A stretch of 64,000 bases of DNA from an uncultured Gammaproteobacteria bacterium (GCA_965230895.1 OZ246394.1:1505887-1569886), one strand, 5' to 3'. Positions 39,247 through 49,801 are shown, numbered from the stretch's first letter. Notes: generated by a model from the letters alone, not told the origin. A program made the numbers and translations.

Positions 39247-39963
39247 TTAGATCTTCTTAACTTGCAAGAAGTCGAGTTCTACAGGAGTTTCACGTCCAAA
39301 GATACTTACCAATACTTTGACTTTACCTCGAGCATCATCAATTGATTCGATTGTACCCAAGAATTCACTGAATGGACCGTCTGTAATCTTTACAGCTTCG
39401 CCAACTGCGAATTGTACTTTGTACATTGGTTCTTCCATTTGCATGAACTTCTGGATAGCTTCAACTTCTTTTTCTGAAATTGGAGTTGGTTTGTTTCCAG
39501 CTCCGATGAATGAAGTAACACCTTGTGTACTTCGAACCATGAACCATGTTTCATCGTCGAGTTTCATCTTCACCAAAACATATCCTGGGAAGATCTTTTC
39601 TTTAACTGTTTCTTTTTTACCTTGTGAAACTTTAATTGTATTTCGTGTAGGAACGATAATGTCAAAAACTCTGTCTGTGAACTTCATTGCTTCAACACGT
39701 TGTTTTAGTGATCGTTCAACTTTGTTTTCGTGGCCAGCGTACGTATGAATGATATACCATCGAGCACCTTCTGAAGCTTTTGCTCGTGCATCAGCATCAT
39801 CTTGTGCTGCAGCATCGTCTGCCGCGTCAGACGCGGTTGCATTTGCATCTGTTGCCGAGTCAGACTCGGCTGCAACTGGAGCTTCGTCAGCAACAGTTTC
39901 TTCTTGTGCTTCAACAGCTTCTAATTCTTGTTCGTCTTTAACTTGATGTTTTGAATTATCCAT
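39247..39963 (-). CDS. nusG: Transcription antitermination factor NusG with an acidic N-terminal extension
   Basis: NGN domain (RWYIIHTYAGHENKVERSLKQRVE) and a C-terminal KOW (VGEAVKITDGPFSEFLGTIESID). The first ~65 aa are Asp/Glu/Ala-rich. Confidence 0.85.
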   Translation of the reverse strand: MDNSKHQVKDEQELEAVEAQEETVADEAPVAAESDSATDANATASDAADDAAAQDDADARAKASEGARWYIIHTYAGHENKVERSLKQRVEAMKFTDRVFDIIVPTRNTIKVSQGKKETVKEKIFPGYVLVKMKLDDETWFMVRSTQGVTSFIGAGNKPTPISEKEVEAIQKFMQMEEPMYKVQFAVGEAVKITDGPFSEFLGTIESIDDARGKVKVLVSIFGRETPVELDFLQVKKI

Positions 39964-39967
39964 AAAT

Positions 39968-40150
39968 TTATCTTAGTAATGTTTCGACAGCAGTGGTGAA
40001 GACATAATCTAAACCTCCGATGTACAAGCCCATTATAACACTTAAGATGATAACAATTGTGGTCAATCGAAATACTTCTTTCCGTGTTGGCCAAACTACA
40101 AGTTTGAGTTCGTCCCATATCTGACGGAAAAATGTTATCGGTGTTGTCAT
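39968..40150 (-). CDS. secE: Preprotein translocase subunit SecE
   Basis: 60 aa. FFRQIWDELKLVVWPTRKEV followed by one TM helix. Canonical position upstream of nusG. Confidence 0.75.
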   Translation of the reverse strand: MTTPITFFRQIWDELKLVVWPTRKEVFRLTTIVIILSVIMGLYIGGLDYVFTTAVETLLR

Positions 40151-40156
40151 GTTAAC

Positions 40157-40172
40157 AAATACAAAAGCTCCA
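40157..40172. terminator. Perfect 7-bp-stem hairpin between glmS and secE. It may be the glmS terminator or a secE 5' structure.
   Basis: ctccacg-t-cgtggag. On the minus strand it is followed by cttttgtatttgtt and then the secE ATG. Confidence 0.25.
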
Positions 40173-40253
40173 CGTCGTGGAGTTTGGGCTTGAAGTATTT
40201 TATCAAATAGAGAGGCGAGTGTAAAGGGTTGGTATAGGGGAATATTGTAGAGA

Positions 40254-42029
40254 TTATTTTACCGTAACACTTTTGGCCAAATTCCTTGGCTTATCTGGAT
40301 CTTCAACATCTCGGGCTAAGGCTAAATAATACGCAAAAAGCTGCGCAATGACAATCTGAGGAATTATTGTTGCTTCTTTCAAATCTCCAGTTTCAATAAA
40401 TGTATCAAAGACTTCATTGTTTTTTGGACCAATTCCAATAATATATGCACCTCGAGCCTTAACTTCCTGCGCATTTGAAATAATCGCATCATATGTTTCA
40501 TCATTTGGAGCATAAATAATACAAGGTGTACCTTTCTCGATTAATGCCATGACGCCGTGTTTTAATTCTCCACCAGCAAATCCTTCAGCATGGACATAAC
40601 TTGTTTCTTTAATCTTGAGTGTCGCTTCCATAGCCGTTGCATAGGAAAGGCCGCGTCCCAAAATATAATAATGTTCCTTTGATTTCAGTTTCTTTGCAAG
40701 TTCTTTCACTTGGGCTATGGTTTTATCTTGCAACAATTCATGCACATTCTTTGCAGCGTGAATAAGAAGGGAAGAAGCTTCTTTTTGTTTTCCTGCTAAA
40801 GTGTATGCAGTTAACAATAGTGTTGATACCATAGCCATGAAACTCTTTGTTGCGACAACTGCTTTTTCCTGGCCAGCTCCAAGTACAACATTGAAGTCTG
40901 CCTGGCGATAAAGGGTAGAGCCAATAACATTTACCAACGCTGCGATTGTTACTCCTTTAGCTTTTGCCTTTCCGACAGGTTCGATGACATCAACTGTTTC
41001 GCCACTTTGTGAGATTGGAATAAGAAGCGTGCGATCAGTGAGATAATCTTCAAGGTATTCAAATTCAGATCCGATTGAAAAATTCACATGCTTTTTTGCA
41101 ATTGATGAAAAGAGATAAACTCCGGCCAAAGCCGCATATGAGGCAGTGCCGCAACCGACCATAAATGTTCCATATGCTTTATGAATACGGTCTGCGAGCT
41201 GTTGCGTCTGTTCTTGGTAATTGCGTGCGATATTCTCAATAACCTTTGGCTGTTCATGAATTTCTTTCAGTAAGAAGTGAGGGAAATCACCCTTGGTTGC
41301 ATTCTCAAAATCCCATGTCAGCTCGTTTATCTCAGGCTGGATTTCTTTTCCATCAGGTAGCTGAATAAGTTTCATTGTCTTTCCCAAAATAACCATTTGA
41401 TGGTCTGCGAGAAAAACAACTTTTTTTGTGTGAGGAGCGATTCCAGCAGCGTCTGATGCAATGTAGAAATCTTCGCCATCAATACCCACTATAAGAGGAG
41501 AGCCAGATTTTGCAGCGATGATCTCTTTGGATGGAGCATACGCCACAACGATTGCATTCATTCCTTGCAATGCATTAAATGTATCTCGAGTTGCTGTGGC
41601 GAAACCTTTGGTTTTTAAATTCTCTTCAATTAAATGGGCGACAACTTCAGTATCTGTTTCTGAAACAAATGTATGTCCTTTTTTGATAAGGGACTTCTTG
41701 AGCTCACTGAAATTCTCAATAATTCCATTGTGGACGACTGCAATGGTCTTGTTACAATCTACATGTGGATGGGCATTTGTTACTGTTACGCCACCGTGAG
41801 TTGCCCAACGCGTGTGTCCAATAGCAAGCTGTGTTTCAAATTTTGCAAATGCAGAATTAAGTTTAAGATCTCCAATTTTTCCTACGTGTTTTTCGGTAGT
41901 GATTGTCTTTCCAGACTTAATTGCAATTCCCCAGGAGTCATAACCTCGGTACTCAAGGGTTTTTAATCCGTCAAAAACGGTTTGCGAAGCGTCGGTCTTT
42001 GTACCGATATAGCCGTAAATACCGCACAT
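40254..42029 (-). CDS. glmS: Glutamine--fructose-6-phosphate aminotransferase
   Basis: MCGIYGYIG Ntn-amidotransferase start. Two SIS domains. 591 aa. Confidence 0.95.
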   Translation of the reverse strand: MCGIYGYIGTKTDASQTVFDGLKTLEYRGYDSWGIAIKSGKTITTEKHVGKIGDLKLNSAFAKFETQLAIGHTRWATHGGVTVTNAHPHVDCNKTIAVVHNGIIENFSELKKSLIKKGHTFVSETDTEVVAHLIEENLKTKGFATATRDTFNALQGMNAIVVAYAPSKEIIAAKSGSPLIVGIDGEDFYIASDAAGIAPHTKKVVFLADHQMVILGKTMKLIQLPDGKEIQPEINELTWDFENATKGDFPHFLLKEIHEQPKVIENIARNYQEQTQQLADRIHKAYGTFMVGCGTASYAALAGVYLFSSIAKKHVNFSIGSEFEYLEDYLTDRTLLIPISQSGETVDVIEPVGKAKAKGVTIAALVNVIGSTLYRQADFNVVLGAGQEKAVVATKSFMAMVSTLLLTAYTLAGKQKEASSLLIHAAKNVHELLQDKTIAQVKELAKKLKSKEHYYILGRGLSYATAMEATLKIKETSYVHAEGFAGGELKHGVMALIEKGTPCIIYAPNDETYDAIISNAQEVKARGAYIIGIGPKNNEVFDTFIETGDLKEATIIPQIVIAQLFAYYLALARDVEDPDKPRNLAKSVTVK

Positions 42030-42098
42030 AGAAGCTTGTTCAGTTTAATAATTGAGATAATCCTTGTCAAGCAAAAGGTCATCGAGTATAATCATGGC

Positions 42099-42989
42099 AT
42101 GGCTCATAAAAAAATCCGCAAAGCAGTAATCCCCGCAGCAGGTTTTGGAACCCGTTTTCTCCCTCAAACCAAGGCAATGCCAAAAGAAATGCTTCCTGTT
42201 GTGGACAAGCCAGTTATCCAGTATGTAGTTGAAGAAGCAGTCCAATCAGGTATCCGTGATGTCATCATCGTCACTGGTGCTTTGAAGCGAGCAATCGAAG
42301 ATCATTTTGATTTCCCAAATGCAGATCTTATCCAGAATCTTGAAGCAGGTGGCAAAGAAGAACTTCTTAAGCAAACTCGTGCAATTTCTGAAATGGCAAA
42401 TTTCATTTATATCCGTCAAAAGGGAATGTATGGGAATGGTACGCCAGTTCTTTCAGCTGAACCAACAATCGAAGATGAATTCTTCGCTGTTCTTTGGGGT
42501 GATGAATTTATCTATAGTAAACCACCACGTCTTGCACAAATGATGGCTGTGCACGAGCAATACGGTGGAGCGGTTATTTCAGGTGTTCGTATCAAGAATA
42601 AAGCAGATCTAAAGCGATATGGTATTGCTGAAGTTGAAAGTATGGGCGGCAATATCCATAAGATCAAAAAGATTGTCGAAAAACCAAATCCTGAAGACGC
42701 GCCATCTGATCTTGCAACTCATGGAGCATACATTTTGCCTCCAGAGATCTTTGGTATTTTGCGAGATCAAAAACCAGGAACTGGTGGGGAAATATATCTT
42801 CCAGAAGCAATTGATCAATTAATCAAGACTGGATATCCTGTGTATGCATGTGAAGTTGAAAATGGTCGATACTATGACACAGGCAATAAGCTTGAGTACT
42901 TAAAGACTGTGATTGAATTTGCTCTCGAACATCCTGATATTAAAGATAGTTTCATCAGTTACCTCAAATCTCTCGATTTAAAGAAATAG
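42099..42989 (+). CDS. galU: UTP--glucose-1-phosphate uridylyltransferase
   Basis: KAVIPAAGFGTRFLPQTKAMPKEMLPVVDKPVIQYVVEEA. The start is moved to ATG 42099 (MAHKKIRKAV). The ORF-track 5' extension overlaps glmS. Confidence 0.85.
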   Translation: MAHKKIRKAVIPAAGFGTRFLPQTKAMPKEMLPVVDKPVIQYVVEEAVQSGIRDVIIVTGALKRAIEDHFDFPNADLIQNLEAGGKEELLKQTRAISEMANFIYIRQKGMYGNGTPVLSAEPTIEDEFFAVLWGDEFIYSKPPRLAQMMAVHEQYGGAVISGVRIKNKADLKRYGIAEVESMGGNIHKIKKIVEKPNPEDAPSDLATHGAYILPPEIFGILRDQKPGTGGEIYLPEAIDQLIKTGYPVYACEVENGRYYDTGNKLEYLKTVIEFALEHPDIKDSFISYLKSLDLKK

Positions 42990-43098
42990 TTTTTTTCTTG
43001 TACTTTGTATCGACAAAGTACCAAAGCTCTCCGCATGGTTGTTCTCACGTATCCAGCGAAGTCGGGCTTAACGCTGTGCGCAAGATATGAAGTTAAGT

Positions 43099-44469
43099 TT
43101 ATTCGACGAGGCTGCAGGCAATTTTGATGCCTTCGGAGTAAGTAGGGTAGGCGTGAATCATATCAGCGAGTTCATCTGCAGTAACACGGCATTTCATCGC
43201 TAAAGCAATCTCATGAATCATTTCACCGGCACGTGGTGCGACAATTGAACCGCCAATGATAACACCTTTTTTGTCAGTAATTACTTTTACGAAGCCATCA
43301 AATTCATTTTCAGTATTTGCGCGTCCAAGCATACCAAGAGCCATAATTCCTTTTTTGATTTTGATTTTCTTCTCCTGAGCCTCAACTTCGCTGATTCCAA
43401 CTGATGCTACCTCAGGGCTTACAAAGACACATCGTGGAACAACGCTGTAATCTGGTTCAACTTGTTCACGAGAGAACATATTTTGTGCGGCGATATAGCT
43501 TTGGAATGAACTTGTATGAGTAAAAAGATATGGTCCGACCAAATCACCAGCTGCATAAATGTGGGGGACACTAGTTTGCAAATTCTTTTTAACAACGAGT
43601 TTGTGATCTTTTATTTTCAATCCAGCTTTTTCAGGAGCAAAATTCATGACTGGGACTTTGCCTAGCGCACAAAGAATCTCTTCGTACTCATGAGAGAATG
43701 CTTCGTCACCTTTTTTGAAATGGACTGCTTTATGTCCATTTCGTTTCTCAACTTTCTCCACAGTGGTATTTGTTAGGACTTTGATGCCCGCATTTTCAAA
43801 GAGTGCTTCAACTAACTCACTGACTTCAAGATCTTCCTTACTTAAAATTCTTTCGGATCTGTTTACGATTGTTACTTTTGTACCAAAGCTTGAGAATATT
43901 TGTGCAAATTCGCACGCGATTGCACCTCCACCATAAATTAACATGGATTTTGGAGGGTGATCCATGTCAATTGCCTCGCGGAATGTGATATAACCAGTTT
44001 CTTCCAATCCTTCAATATGAGGGACAAATGTCTTTGAACCTGTTGCCAGGAGGATCTTTGCGGCTGAATATATCTTGCCATTTGCGACAACTTCATGAGG
44101 TGAAACAAATTCTGCTTTGTGTTGAATTAATGTAATGCCTTCTTTTTTGAAAGAAGCTTCACCGTGTGCAGCTCCTGTTCGTGAGACGACTAAATCCTTC
44201 CATCGTTTCACTGCATGATAATTTACCGAAGTCTTTTCAATTTCTGTCCCAAAGAGTTTTGAGCCGAGTGTTGTTTGATAGACATGTCCTGCGTGGAGGA
44301 GCGCTTTCGTTGGAACACATGCAAAGTTTGGACATTCACCGCCAACTGCCGATGCTTCAAAAATAGCTACCTTTTTACCAAGGGATTCTACATAATGAGC
44401 TGCTACACTGCCACCGGAACCACTTCCGATAATAATAAGGTCATAATCATATTTCTTTTTGCTAAACAT
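43099..44469 (-). CDS. FAD-dependent pyridine nucleotide-disulfide oxidoreductase (Lpd/Gor/MerA-like class I)
   Basis: DYDLIIIGSGSGGSVAA FAD motif. Redox-active CxxxxC (GGECPNFACVPTK). NAD-binding GGGAIACEFA. C-terminal dimerisation HAYPTYSE. Confidence 0.8.
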   Translation of the reverse strand: MFSKKKYDYDLIIIGSGSGGSVAAHYVESLGKKVAIFEASAVGGECPNFACVPTKALLHAGHVYQTTLGSKLFGTEIEKTSVNYHAVKRWKDLVVSRTGAAHGEASFKKEGITLIQHKAEFVSPHEVVANGKIYSAAKILLATGSKTFVPHIEGLEETGYITFREAIDMDHPPKSMLIYGGGAIACEFAQIFSSFGTKVTIVNRSERILSKEDLEVSELVEALFENAGIKVLTNTTVEKVEKRNGHKAVHFKKGDEAFSHEYEEILCALGKVPVMNFAPEKAGLKIKDHKLVVKKNLQTSVPHIYAAGDLVGPYLFTHTSSFQSYIAAQNMFSREQVEPDYSVVPRCVFVSPEVASVGISEVEAQEKKIKIKKGIMALGMLGRANTENEFDGFVKVITDKKGVIIGGSIVAPRAGEMIHEIALAMKCRVTADELADMIHAYPTYSEGIKIACSLVE

Positions 44470-44500
44470 AGTATTTGGGGAAAGGGATTAATCTTTACCC

Positions 44501-44779
44501 TTACGAAAGATCTTTGTGTGTCTGATATAAGTATGCAGCATCAGGATGATACTTCTTCAAACTCTTTGTTGTTGTTTTTTGTAATGCGTCGGACGTAATT
44601 TCCTTATCATTTTTAAGTTCGTTTTTCACTTCTTCTGTCACCATGTGCGAAATAGTTTCAGCTTCTTCATCAGACATACGTAAACTCATCAGTGCTAGAT
44701 ACACGCTGCCGTAGAGCTTTCTCTCATCAAATTCTTCAGAATGTCCTTTTCTTTTAACAATGTGATTCATATTAACCAA
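44501..44779 (-). CDS. Small stand-alone ATP-cone-like protein
   Basis: IVKRKGHSEEFDERKLYGSVYLA resembles the ATP-cone N-terminal motif (v.KRdG..E.Fd..KI). Confidence 0.4.
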   Translation of the reverse strand: MVNMNHIVKRKGHSEEFDERKLYGSVYLALMSLRMSDEEAETISHMVTEEVKNELKNDKEITSDALQKTTTKSLKKYHPDAAYLYQTHKDLS

Positions 44780-45476
44780 AGTTGATTGTACCGTTTGCGA
44801 TCAAGATCAATAACCAACCAAGACCAATGAGCATGAAACCAATTGCGAATCGCATATAACCTTTGTTTGCTTGCTTCCATTTCTTGATCTTACTAACCTT
44901 TGTGCCACCTGCAACCAAGAGCAATATTACGATCAAAGGTAGGACGAAGATAAAGTTGTAAAGCACGAGTAGTCCAAATGCATAGATGTCAAAGTTCAAT
45001 GAAAGAAGCGTAATGATTGCAAGATATGGTGCTCCAGTGCATGGTAATTCAACAGCTGAGATGAATGCCCCGAGGAGAATCACTCCAGGTACAGTTACAT
45101 TTTGTGAATATTTATGGATCATTGCTGCAAATACTGGAGGAATTTGCAAAGAAAAACCTTTACCGTACCAATAGTAGTCTTTAATTTCTAAGATACCAGC
45201 CATAATAACAAAGCTTCCGACGATGAGCGCTAGATATTCCGCTACGAATAATGGGACTGCTGAAAGGAAGTAAATCAGTCCAAGCCCAGCAACGAGGTAT
45301 GTGATAAAGATTGCACCGATATACAAACTCCCAAGCAAAAGTAATCGCTTAATTGATCCTTTCCCACTTAAAATAACTGAAACCATGAGAATCAATACGC
45401 CAATCGCGCATGGGTTAATTGAATCGACAGCTGCTGATAAAACAACGACTGATAATGTAGGGACGTCAATGACCAT
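44772..45476 (-). CDS. DsbD/CcdA-like thiol-disulfide transporter membrane protein
   Basis: Six TM helices with Cys in TM1 (DSINPCAIGVL) and TM4 (VELPCTGAPYL), as in the DsbD_2/CcdA family. Confidence 0.55.
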   Translation of the reverse strand: MVIDVPTLSVVVLSAAVDSINPCAIGVLILMVSVILSGKGSIKRLLLLGSLYIGAIFITYLVAGLGLIYFLSAVPLFVAEYLALIVGSFVIMAGILEIKDYYWYGKGFSLQIPPVFAAMIHKYSQNVTVPGVILLGAFISAVELPCTGAPYLAIITLLSLNFDIYAFGLLVLYNFIFVLPLIVILLLVAGGTKVSKIKKWKQANKGYMRFAIGFMLIGLGWLLILIANGTINFG

Positions 45477-46258
45477 TATTGTCTTTCTCCTTTCAGTTTA
45501 TCAATTTCTTGCGCAACTTTATAGCTTCTGCAGAGTTTATCTGTTTTGTCTTTATTTGGACCGAATTCGACAATAATACAATCTCCTGGAGGAACTTGTG
45601 AATGTGGTGAAATAAGGTATGATGCCGGATCATCTAATTTCTTTTGTGTGTAATAGAGATCATCAGCAGTTTGGTAAACAAATACCTGCATTTGGCCCTC
45701 AGAGCCATCAGCGCACATGCTGCCATTTGTGTATGGAACTGGACCATTATTTGTTGGAACGATGACAGAATCGCTCTTCAAGTCGCCGCCGATGACTTGG
45801 AAGAATTTGCCAAGACTTGCATCCTCTGGATGAACGACGACACCTTCTAAGTGGATTCTTTTATCATTGTGTTCGTGTAGTGTTGCTGTCCCAATTTTGT
45901 TACTAAGAAAACCTGTTGGATCTTGCAATTCAACCTCTTTACCACATGCCCAAACCTCAATGTCCGCGTGCCAGTGCACAGGACCTTTACTGACTGAAAC
46001 ATTATTTAAATAGATCGTTGAGACGATCATATAAAGAGTAGGGATTGCGATAACAAGACAAATTGCACTAAAGAGGAACTTCTTTAAACCTTCATTAAGA
46101 TATTTTTCATGAAGAGAAATGCCGACAAGAACAGCAAGGACGATAGTTGCGCCGATGAGGATGTTGACCGAGTTTCTAGCGATTGATTCTTCTAATCCCA
46201 TTTGGTTAATAAAAACCTGCCTACAATTACAGTACAGTATTTTTGATAGGGAATGCAA
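45476..46258 (-). CDS. Membrane-anchored His-rich hypothetical protein. Probably an extracytoplasmic metal- or redox-associated domain.
   Basis: Two N-terminal TM helices. His clusters HWHADIEVWACG and HEHNDKRIHLEGVVVHPED. Confidence 0.4.
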   Translation of the reverse strand: MHSLSKILYCNCRQVFINQMGLEESIARNSVNILIGATIVLAVLVGISLHEKYLNEGLKKFLFSAICLVIAIPTLYMIVSTIYLNNVSVSKGPVHWHADIEVWACGKEVELQDPTGFLSNKIGTATLHEHNDKRIHLEGVVVHPEDASLGKFFQVIGGDLKSDSVIVPTNNGPVPYTNGSMCADGSEGQMQVFVYQTADDLYYTQKKLDDPASYLISPHSQVPPGDCIIVEFGPNKDKTDKLCRSYKVAQEIDKLKGERQ

Positions 46259-46273
46259 GTAGTTTTCTTAAGA

Positions 46274-48979
46274 TTATCTTGCTTCTTTAAATGCTGGAAC
46301 TGTATCAAGAGCAATTCTCATTAACTGGAATGCGAAGTAGAGCCAAATACTTGCGAGGATCATGAAGATCCAATCATTTATCTGAACTGGGACGATTCCA
46401 AAAAGGGTATTGAAGAATGGCGTATATACGATAACGAGTTGTAATGCGATTGTTGCCAAAATTGAGATAAGGAGCCATTTATTTGAGAAGAATGAAACTT
46501 TATATCCTGATCGAATTAAGTAAATACTAACCAATTCAAATACAACTAAGCTTGTAAACGCTGCACTTTGCGCAGCCTGCATACCATTTGCAAGATTGAG
46601 CATATATGAACCAAGGACAAAGACGCTCAAGAAAATACCAAAAACGATCATTTCAACCCAAAGTCTTGTACTGACAATTTGCGTTTGGAACACACGAGGG
46701 GAGTACCTCATGATTCCTTTCTCCGCAGGATCAAGACCAAGTGCTACGGCTGGGATTCCATCGGTAACGACATTGATCCACAAAAGCATTGTCGCAGTGA
46801 GAACGAGGTCTTGGAGGATAATGACACCAAAGAAGACAATTAATACTTCAGCTAAATTACAGGATAGGAGATAGATAACGAATTTTCGGATATTGTGGAA
46901 AATTCCACGTCCTTCTTCAATTGCATTAATAATCGTTGAGAATTTATCATCCAAGAGAACCATGTCTGATGCTTCTTTGGCGACATCAGTTCCTGTGATT
47001 CCCATAGCGATGCCAATGTCAGCTTTCTTAAGTGCTGGAGCATCATTTACGCCATCTCCGGTCATTGCGACGATATGTCCATTCTTTTGCAATGCCGCAA
47101 CAATACGAAGTTTTGTATCAGGATTAACTCTCGCATAAACACTGATTGATTCTACAGCCTTTGCAAGTTCCTTATCATCCATCTTGCTCAGCGCATCTCC
47201 AGTGAGAGCATCACCTTTAATTCCGATTTCTCCTGCAATTGCTTTTGCAGTTTCTGGATGATCTCCAGTAATCATAATGACCCGGATTCCTGATTCATTA
47301 CATTGTGTGATAAGGGGAGTGACTTCTGTTCTAGGAGGATCAATCATTGCTTGAATTCCAAGGAACGTTAATCCCTTTTCAAGTTGTTTTTCATCAGACT
47401 TCAGCTTTTCAAATTCTGCCTTGGTCATCTCTTTATAAGCAAATCCTAGATTTCGTAATGCGTGTGTAGAAAGTTTTTGGTTGATTGCGAGAATATCCTT
47501 TTTGTCCTTTGTGACGATTGGATCTTCTTTTGTGGACTGCATTATTCGATAGCAATGATCGATAACCACTTCAGGTGCACCCTTGGAGTAGAGGATATAT
47601 TTATTATCCTTCTTAATAACAACGGACATCATCTTTCGTTCACTACTAAACGGAATTTCCATGACACGTTCTCCTGTCGCTTGATCAAGTTTCGCTTTTG
47701 TGGCACTTACAATTAATGCTGCTTCAGTCGGATCACCAAGTACTTTTCCATCGTTAATTTTTGCATTATTACAGTACAATCCAGCTTCGAGCATAGGAGT
47801 AAATGGATACTTAACAATCTCTTTTCCATCATCTGTAAATTTACCTTCTTTTTCATAACCTGTACCACTTACTTCATAAAGATGATCGGCGTAATAGATT
47901 GTTGTGACGGTCATTTCACCTTTTGTTAATGTCCCTGTCTTATCCGAACAAATCGTATCGGTTGATCCAAGTGTTTCAACAGAATTAAGTTTGCGGACCA
48001 AAGCATTTTTCTTTAGCATACGTTGTGTGCCAAGCGCCAAAGAAATAGTAACAACTGCAGGGAGTCCTTCGGGGATTGCTGCGACAGCTAAGGCAACTGC
48101 TGCTATGAAAGAATGGATGACACGTTGCATGAGCGGTTGGTCCACAAATTCTTTTGCAAAGAACATAATGAAGACAAAAACAATTGCGCAGATTCCCAAA
48201 ATGACGTAGCCAATCATCTTTCCGATTTGGTCTAAACGCTTTTGAATTGGTGTTTCTTCATCTTCAGTCTGTGCGACACTTTGTGCGATCTTTCCAATTT
48301 CTGTACGGTCACCAGTTCTCACCACAATTCCGATAGCGCGGCCTGAAGCAATTGCTGTGCCTGAGAACGCCATATTCTTTTGATCGCCTAATTGCTTATT
48401 TCCATCCAGATCAGCAGGATTTTTACTTGCAGGAACGGATTCTCCTGTGAGTGATGCTTCATTAACACTAAGGCTATAAACTTCCAGGAGACGCATATCC
48501 GCAGGGATTTTTGTTCCTTCTTCCAAAATAACCATATCTCCCGGGACTAATTCTGCTACGGGAATTTCTTTTTCTTTTCCATTCCTTCTCACTTTGGCAT
48601 TATATGCGAGGAGCTTCTTTAATGATTCAATTGCTTTTTCTGCCTTAAATTCCTGGATAAAACCCAGGATGGTAATCATAAAAACAATCGCAAGAATAAG
48701 TCCCGCTTCTATAAGATCTGACTGATCTTTTTCTCCGAAGTGATAAATAAAGAGGATAAGGAATGCAGCAATAATAAGAATGATGGTAAGTGTATTTTTG
48801 TATTGTCCGAGATACATCATCCAAGGAGAAATTTTCTTTTTGACGGTTAACGCATTACGTCCGTACGTCTCAAGCCTTTTTGCAGCTTCAGCGTCTGAGA
48901 TACCTTCATCACTCGTTTGGAATTTTGAGAAGATGTCTGCTTTTGATAAAGAATAGTATGCGAGATTTTCCTCAGTCAT
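46274..48979 (-). CDS. P2-type cation (Ca2+)-transporting ATPase
   Basis: DKTGTLT phosphorylation site. [20 protein letters not shown] motif in M4 typical of SERCA/PMCA-type pumps. 901 aa. No CPC heavy-metal motif. Confidence 0.9.
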   Translation of the reverse strand: MTEENLAYYSLSKADIFSKFQTSDEGISDAEAAKRLETYGRNALTVKKKISPWMMYLGQYKNTLTIILIIAAFLILFIYHFGEKDQSDLIEAGLILAIVFMITILGFIQEFKAEKAIESLKKLLAYNAKVRRNGKEKEIPVAELVPGDMVILEEGTKIPADMRLLEVYSLSVNEASLTGESVPASKNPADLDGNKQLGDQKNMAFSGTAIASGRAIGIVVRTGDRTEIGKIAQSVAQTEDEETPIQKRLDQIGKMIGYVILGICAIVFVFIMFFAKEFVDQPLMQRVIHSFIAAVALAVAAIPEGLPAVVTISLALGTQRMLKKNALVRKLNSVETLGSTDTICSDKTGTLTKGEMTVTTIYYADHLYEVSGTGYEKEGKFTDDGKEIVKYPFTPMLEAGLYCNNAKINDGKVLGDPTEAALIVSATKAKLDQATGERVMEIPFSSERKMMSVVIKKDNKYILYSKGAPEVVIDHCYRIMQSTKEDPIVTKDKKDILAINQKLSTHALRNLGFAYKEMTKAEFEKLKSDEKQLEKGLTFLGIQAMIDPPRTEVTPLITQCNESGIRVIMITGDHPETAKAIAGEIGIKGDALTGDALSKMDDKELAKAVESISVYARVNPDTKLRIVAALQKNGHIVAMTGDGVNDAPALKKADIGIAMGITGTDVAKEASDMVLLDDKFSTIINAIEEGRGIFHNIRKFVIYLLSCNLAEVLIVFFGVIILQDLVLTATMLLWINVVTDGIPAVALGLDPAEKGIMRYSPRVFQTQIVSTRLWVEMIVFGIFLSVFVLGSYMLNLANGMQAAQSAAFTSLVVFELVSIYLIRSGYKVSFFSNKWLLISILATIALQLVIVYTPFFNTLFGIVPVQINDWIFMILASIWLYFAFQLMRIALDTVPAFKEAR

Positions 48980-49045
48980 TACTTTAACTATAGAAGAAAT
49001 GTTCAGCTATTGACAAGACATCAGAATTTATTTTACAGTAGATAT

Positions 49046-49174
49046 ATGGCAATATTCGGATTATTTAGTAGTGATAAAAAGACTTCAAAGAAAGCTGCTG
49101 CAAAGAAGCTTGTGAAGAGTGTAACCAAAGCAAAAAAAGGTAAAAAGAAGGCTAAAGGCTGCGAATTCTGCTAA
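49046..49174 (+). CDS. Candidate 42-aa Lys-rich small protein ending in CxxC. Not in the ORF track.
   Basis: ATG...TAA in-frame. Translation MAIFGLFSSDKKTSKKAAAKKLVKSVTKAKKGKKKAKGCEFC. Upstream TTGACA at 49013. Divergent from the Ca-ATPase. Confidence 0.3.
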   Translation: MAIFGLFSSDKKTSKKAAAKKLVKSVTKAKKGKKKAKGCEFC

Positions 49175-49219
49175 TTTTTCTATCCACATTATGACTCAGT
49201 TGTTCTTTTATTTTTGTGA

Positions 49220-49801
49220 TTATTTGAGGATTATTACAGTTGCGATTGAGAAGTAAATTAATAAACTTAAAAGATCCTGCAAAACAGTTGTAAATGGTCC
49301 TGAACCCACAGCAGGATCCTTATGCTCTTTCCGTATTAACTCAGGTATTATTAAAGCCAAAACAGGTGCGGTTGCCATCGTTGTAAACATTGCCAATCCT
49401 ATTGTAAGACTTGTATCAAATACACCAAACCATAAATATGAAACAAGTCCGATAATTGCTCCAAAAAGTAGTCCTAAGAGCAAGCCTAAAAGCAATTCTT
49501 TAAAAATGTATTTTTTAAAGATTATACGGCGCTTACCCATGTTTCTCACATATACAGTTTGCGTTTGAGTTCCGAGTGCATCAGCCATATAAACAATAAT
49601 CGGGATAAAGAAAGCTAGTTGAATATTTTTGGCAATAAGATCTTCAAAATGCGCGGAGAGGATGGTCGCGACAATCCCACCCAAAAGTCCTACCACGAGC
49701 CATGGTAGGCGATGTTCTATCATCAGAAATGTTCTTTCTTTTGCGTCGTCCTCAAATTCTGAATCTTTTACAGAGACTGCCATATATAAGTTGTAGCACA
49801 T
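49220..49801 (-). CDS. Stand-alone MgtE-like divalent-cation transporter membrane domain protein
   Basis: Five TM helices. Resembles the MgtE C-terminal TM domain (IVYMADALGTQTQTVYVRNMG...). Confidence 0.45.
   Translation of the reverse strand: MCYNLYMAVSVKDSEFEDDAKERTFLMIEHRLPWLVVGLLGGIVATILSAHFEDLIAKNIQLAFFIPIIVYMADALGTQTQTVYVRNMGKRRIIFKKYIFKELLLGLLLGLLFGAIIGLVSYLWFGVFDTSLTIGLAMFTTMATAPVLALIIPELIRKEHKDPAVGSGPFTTVLQDLLSLLIYFSIATVIILK

Noticed and set aside
41982-42098. N-terminal 39-aa extension of galU in the ORF track
   Set aside because: It overlaps the glmS 5' end on the other strand. A canonical GalU N-terminus begins at ATG 42099.
42990-43098. GC-richer 100-bp segment with an 8-bp hairpin (gtactttg...caaagtac) between convergent galU and the reductase, considered as a sRNA or terminator
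   Set aside because: The hairpin lacks a proper U-tract on either strand. There is not enough evidence for a discrete RNA gene.
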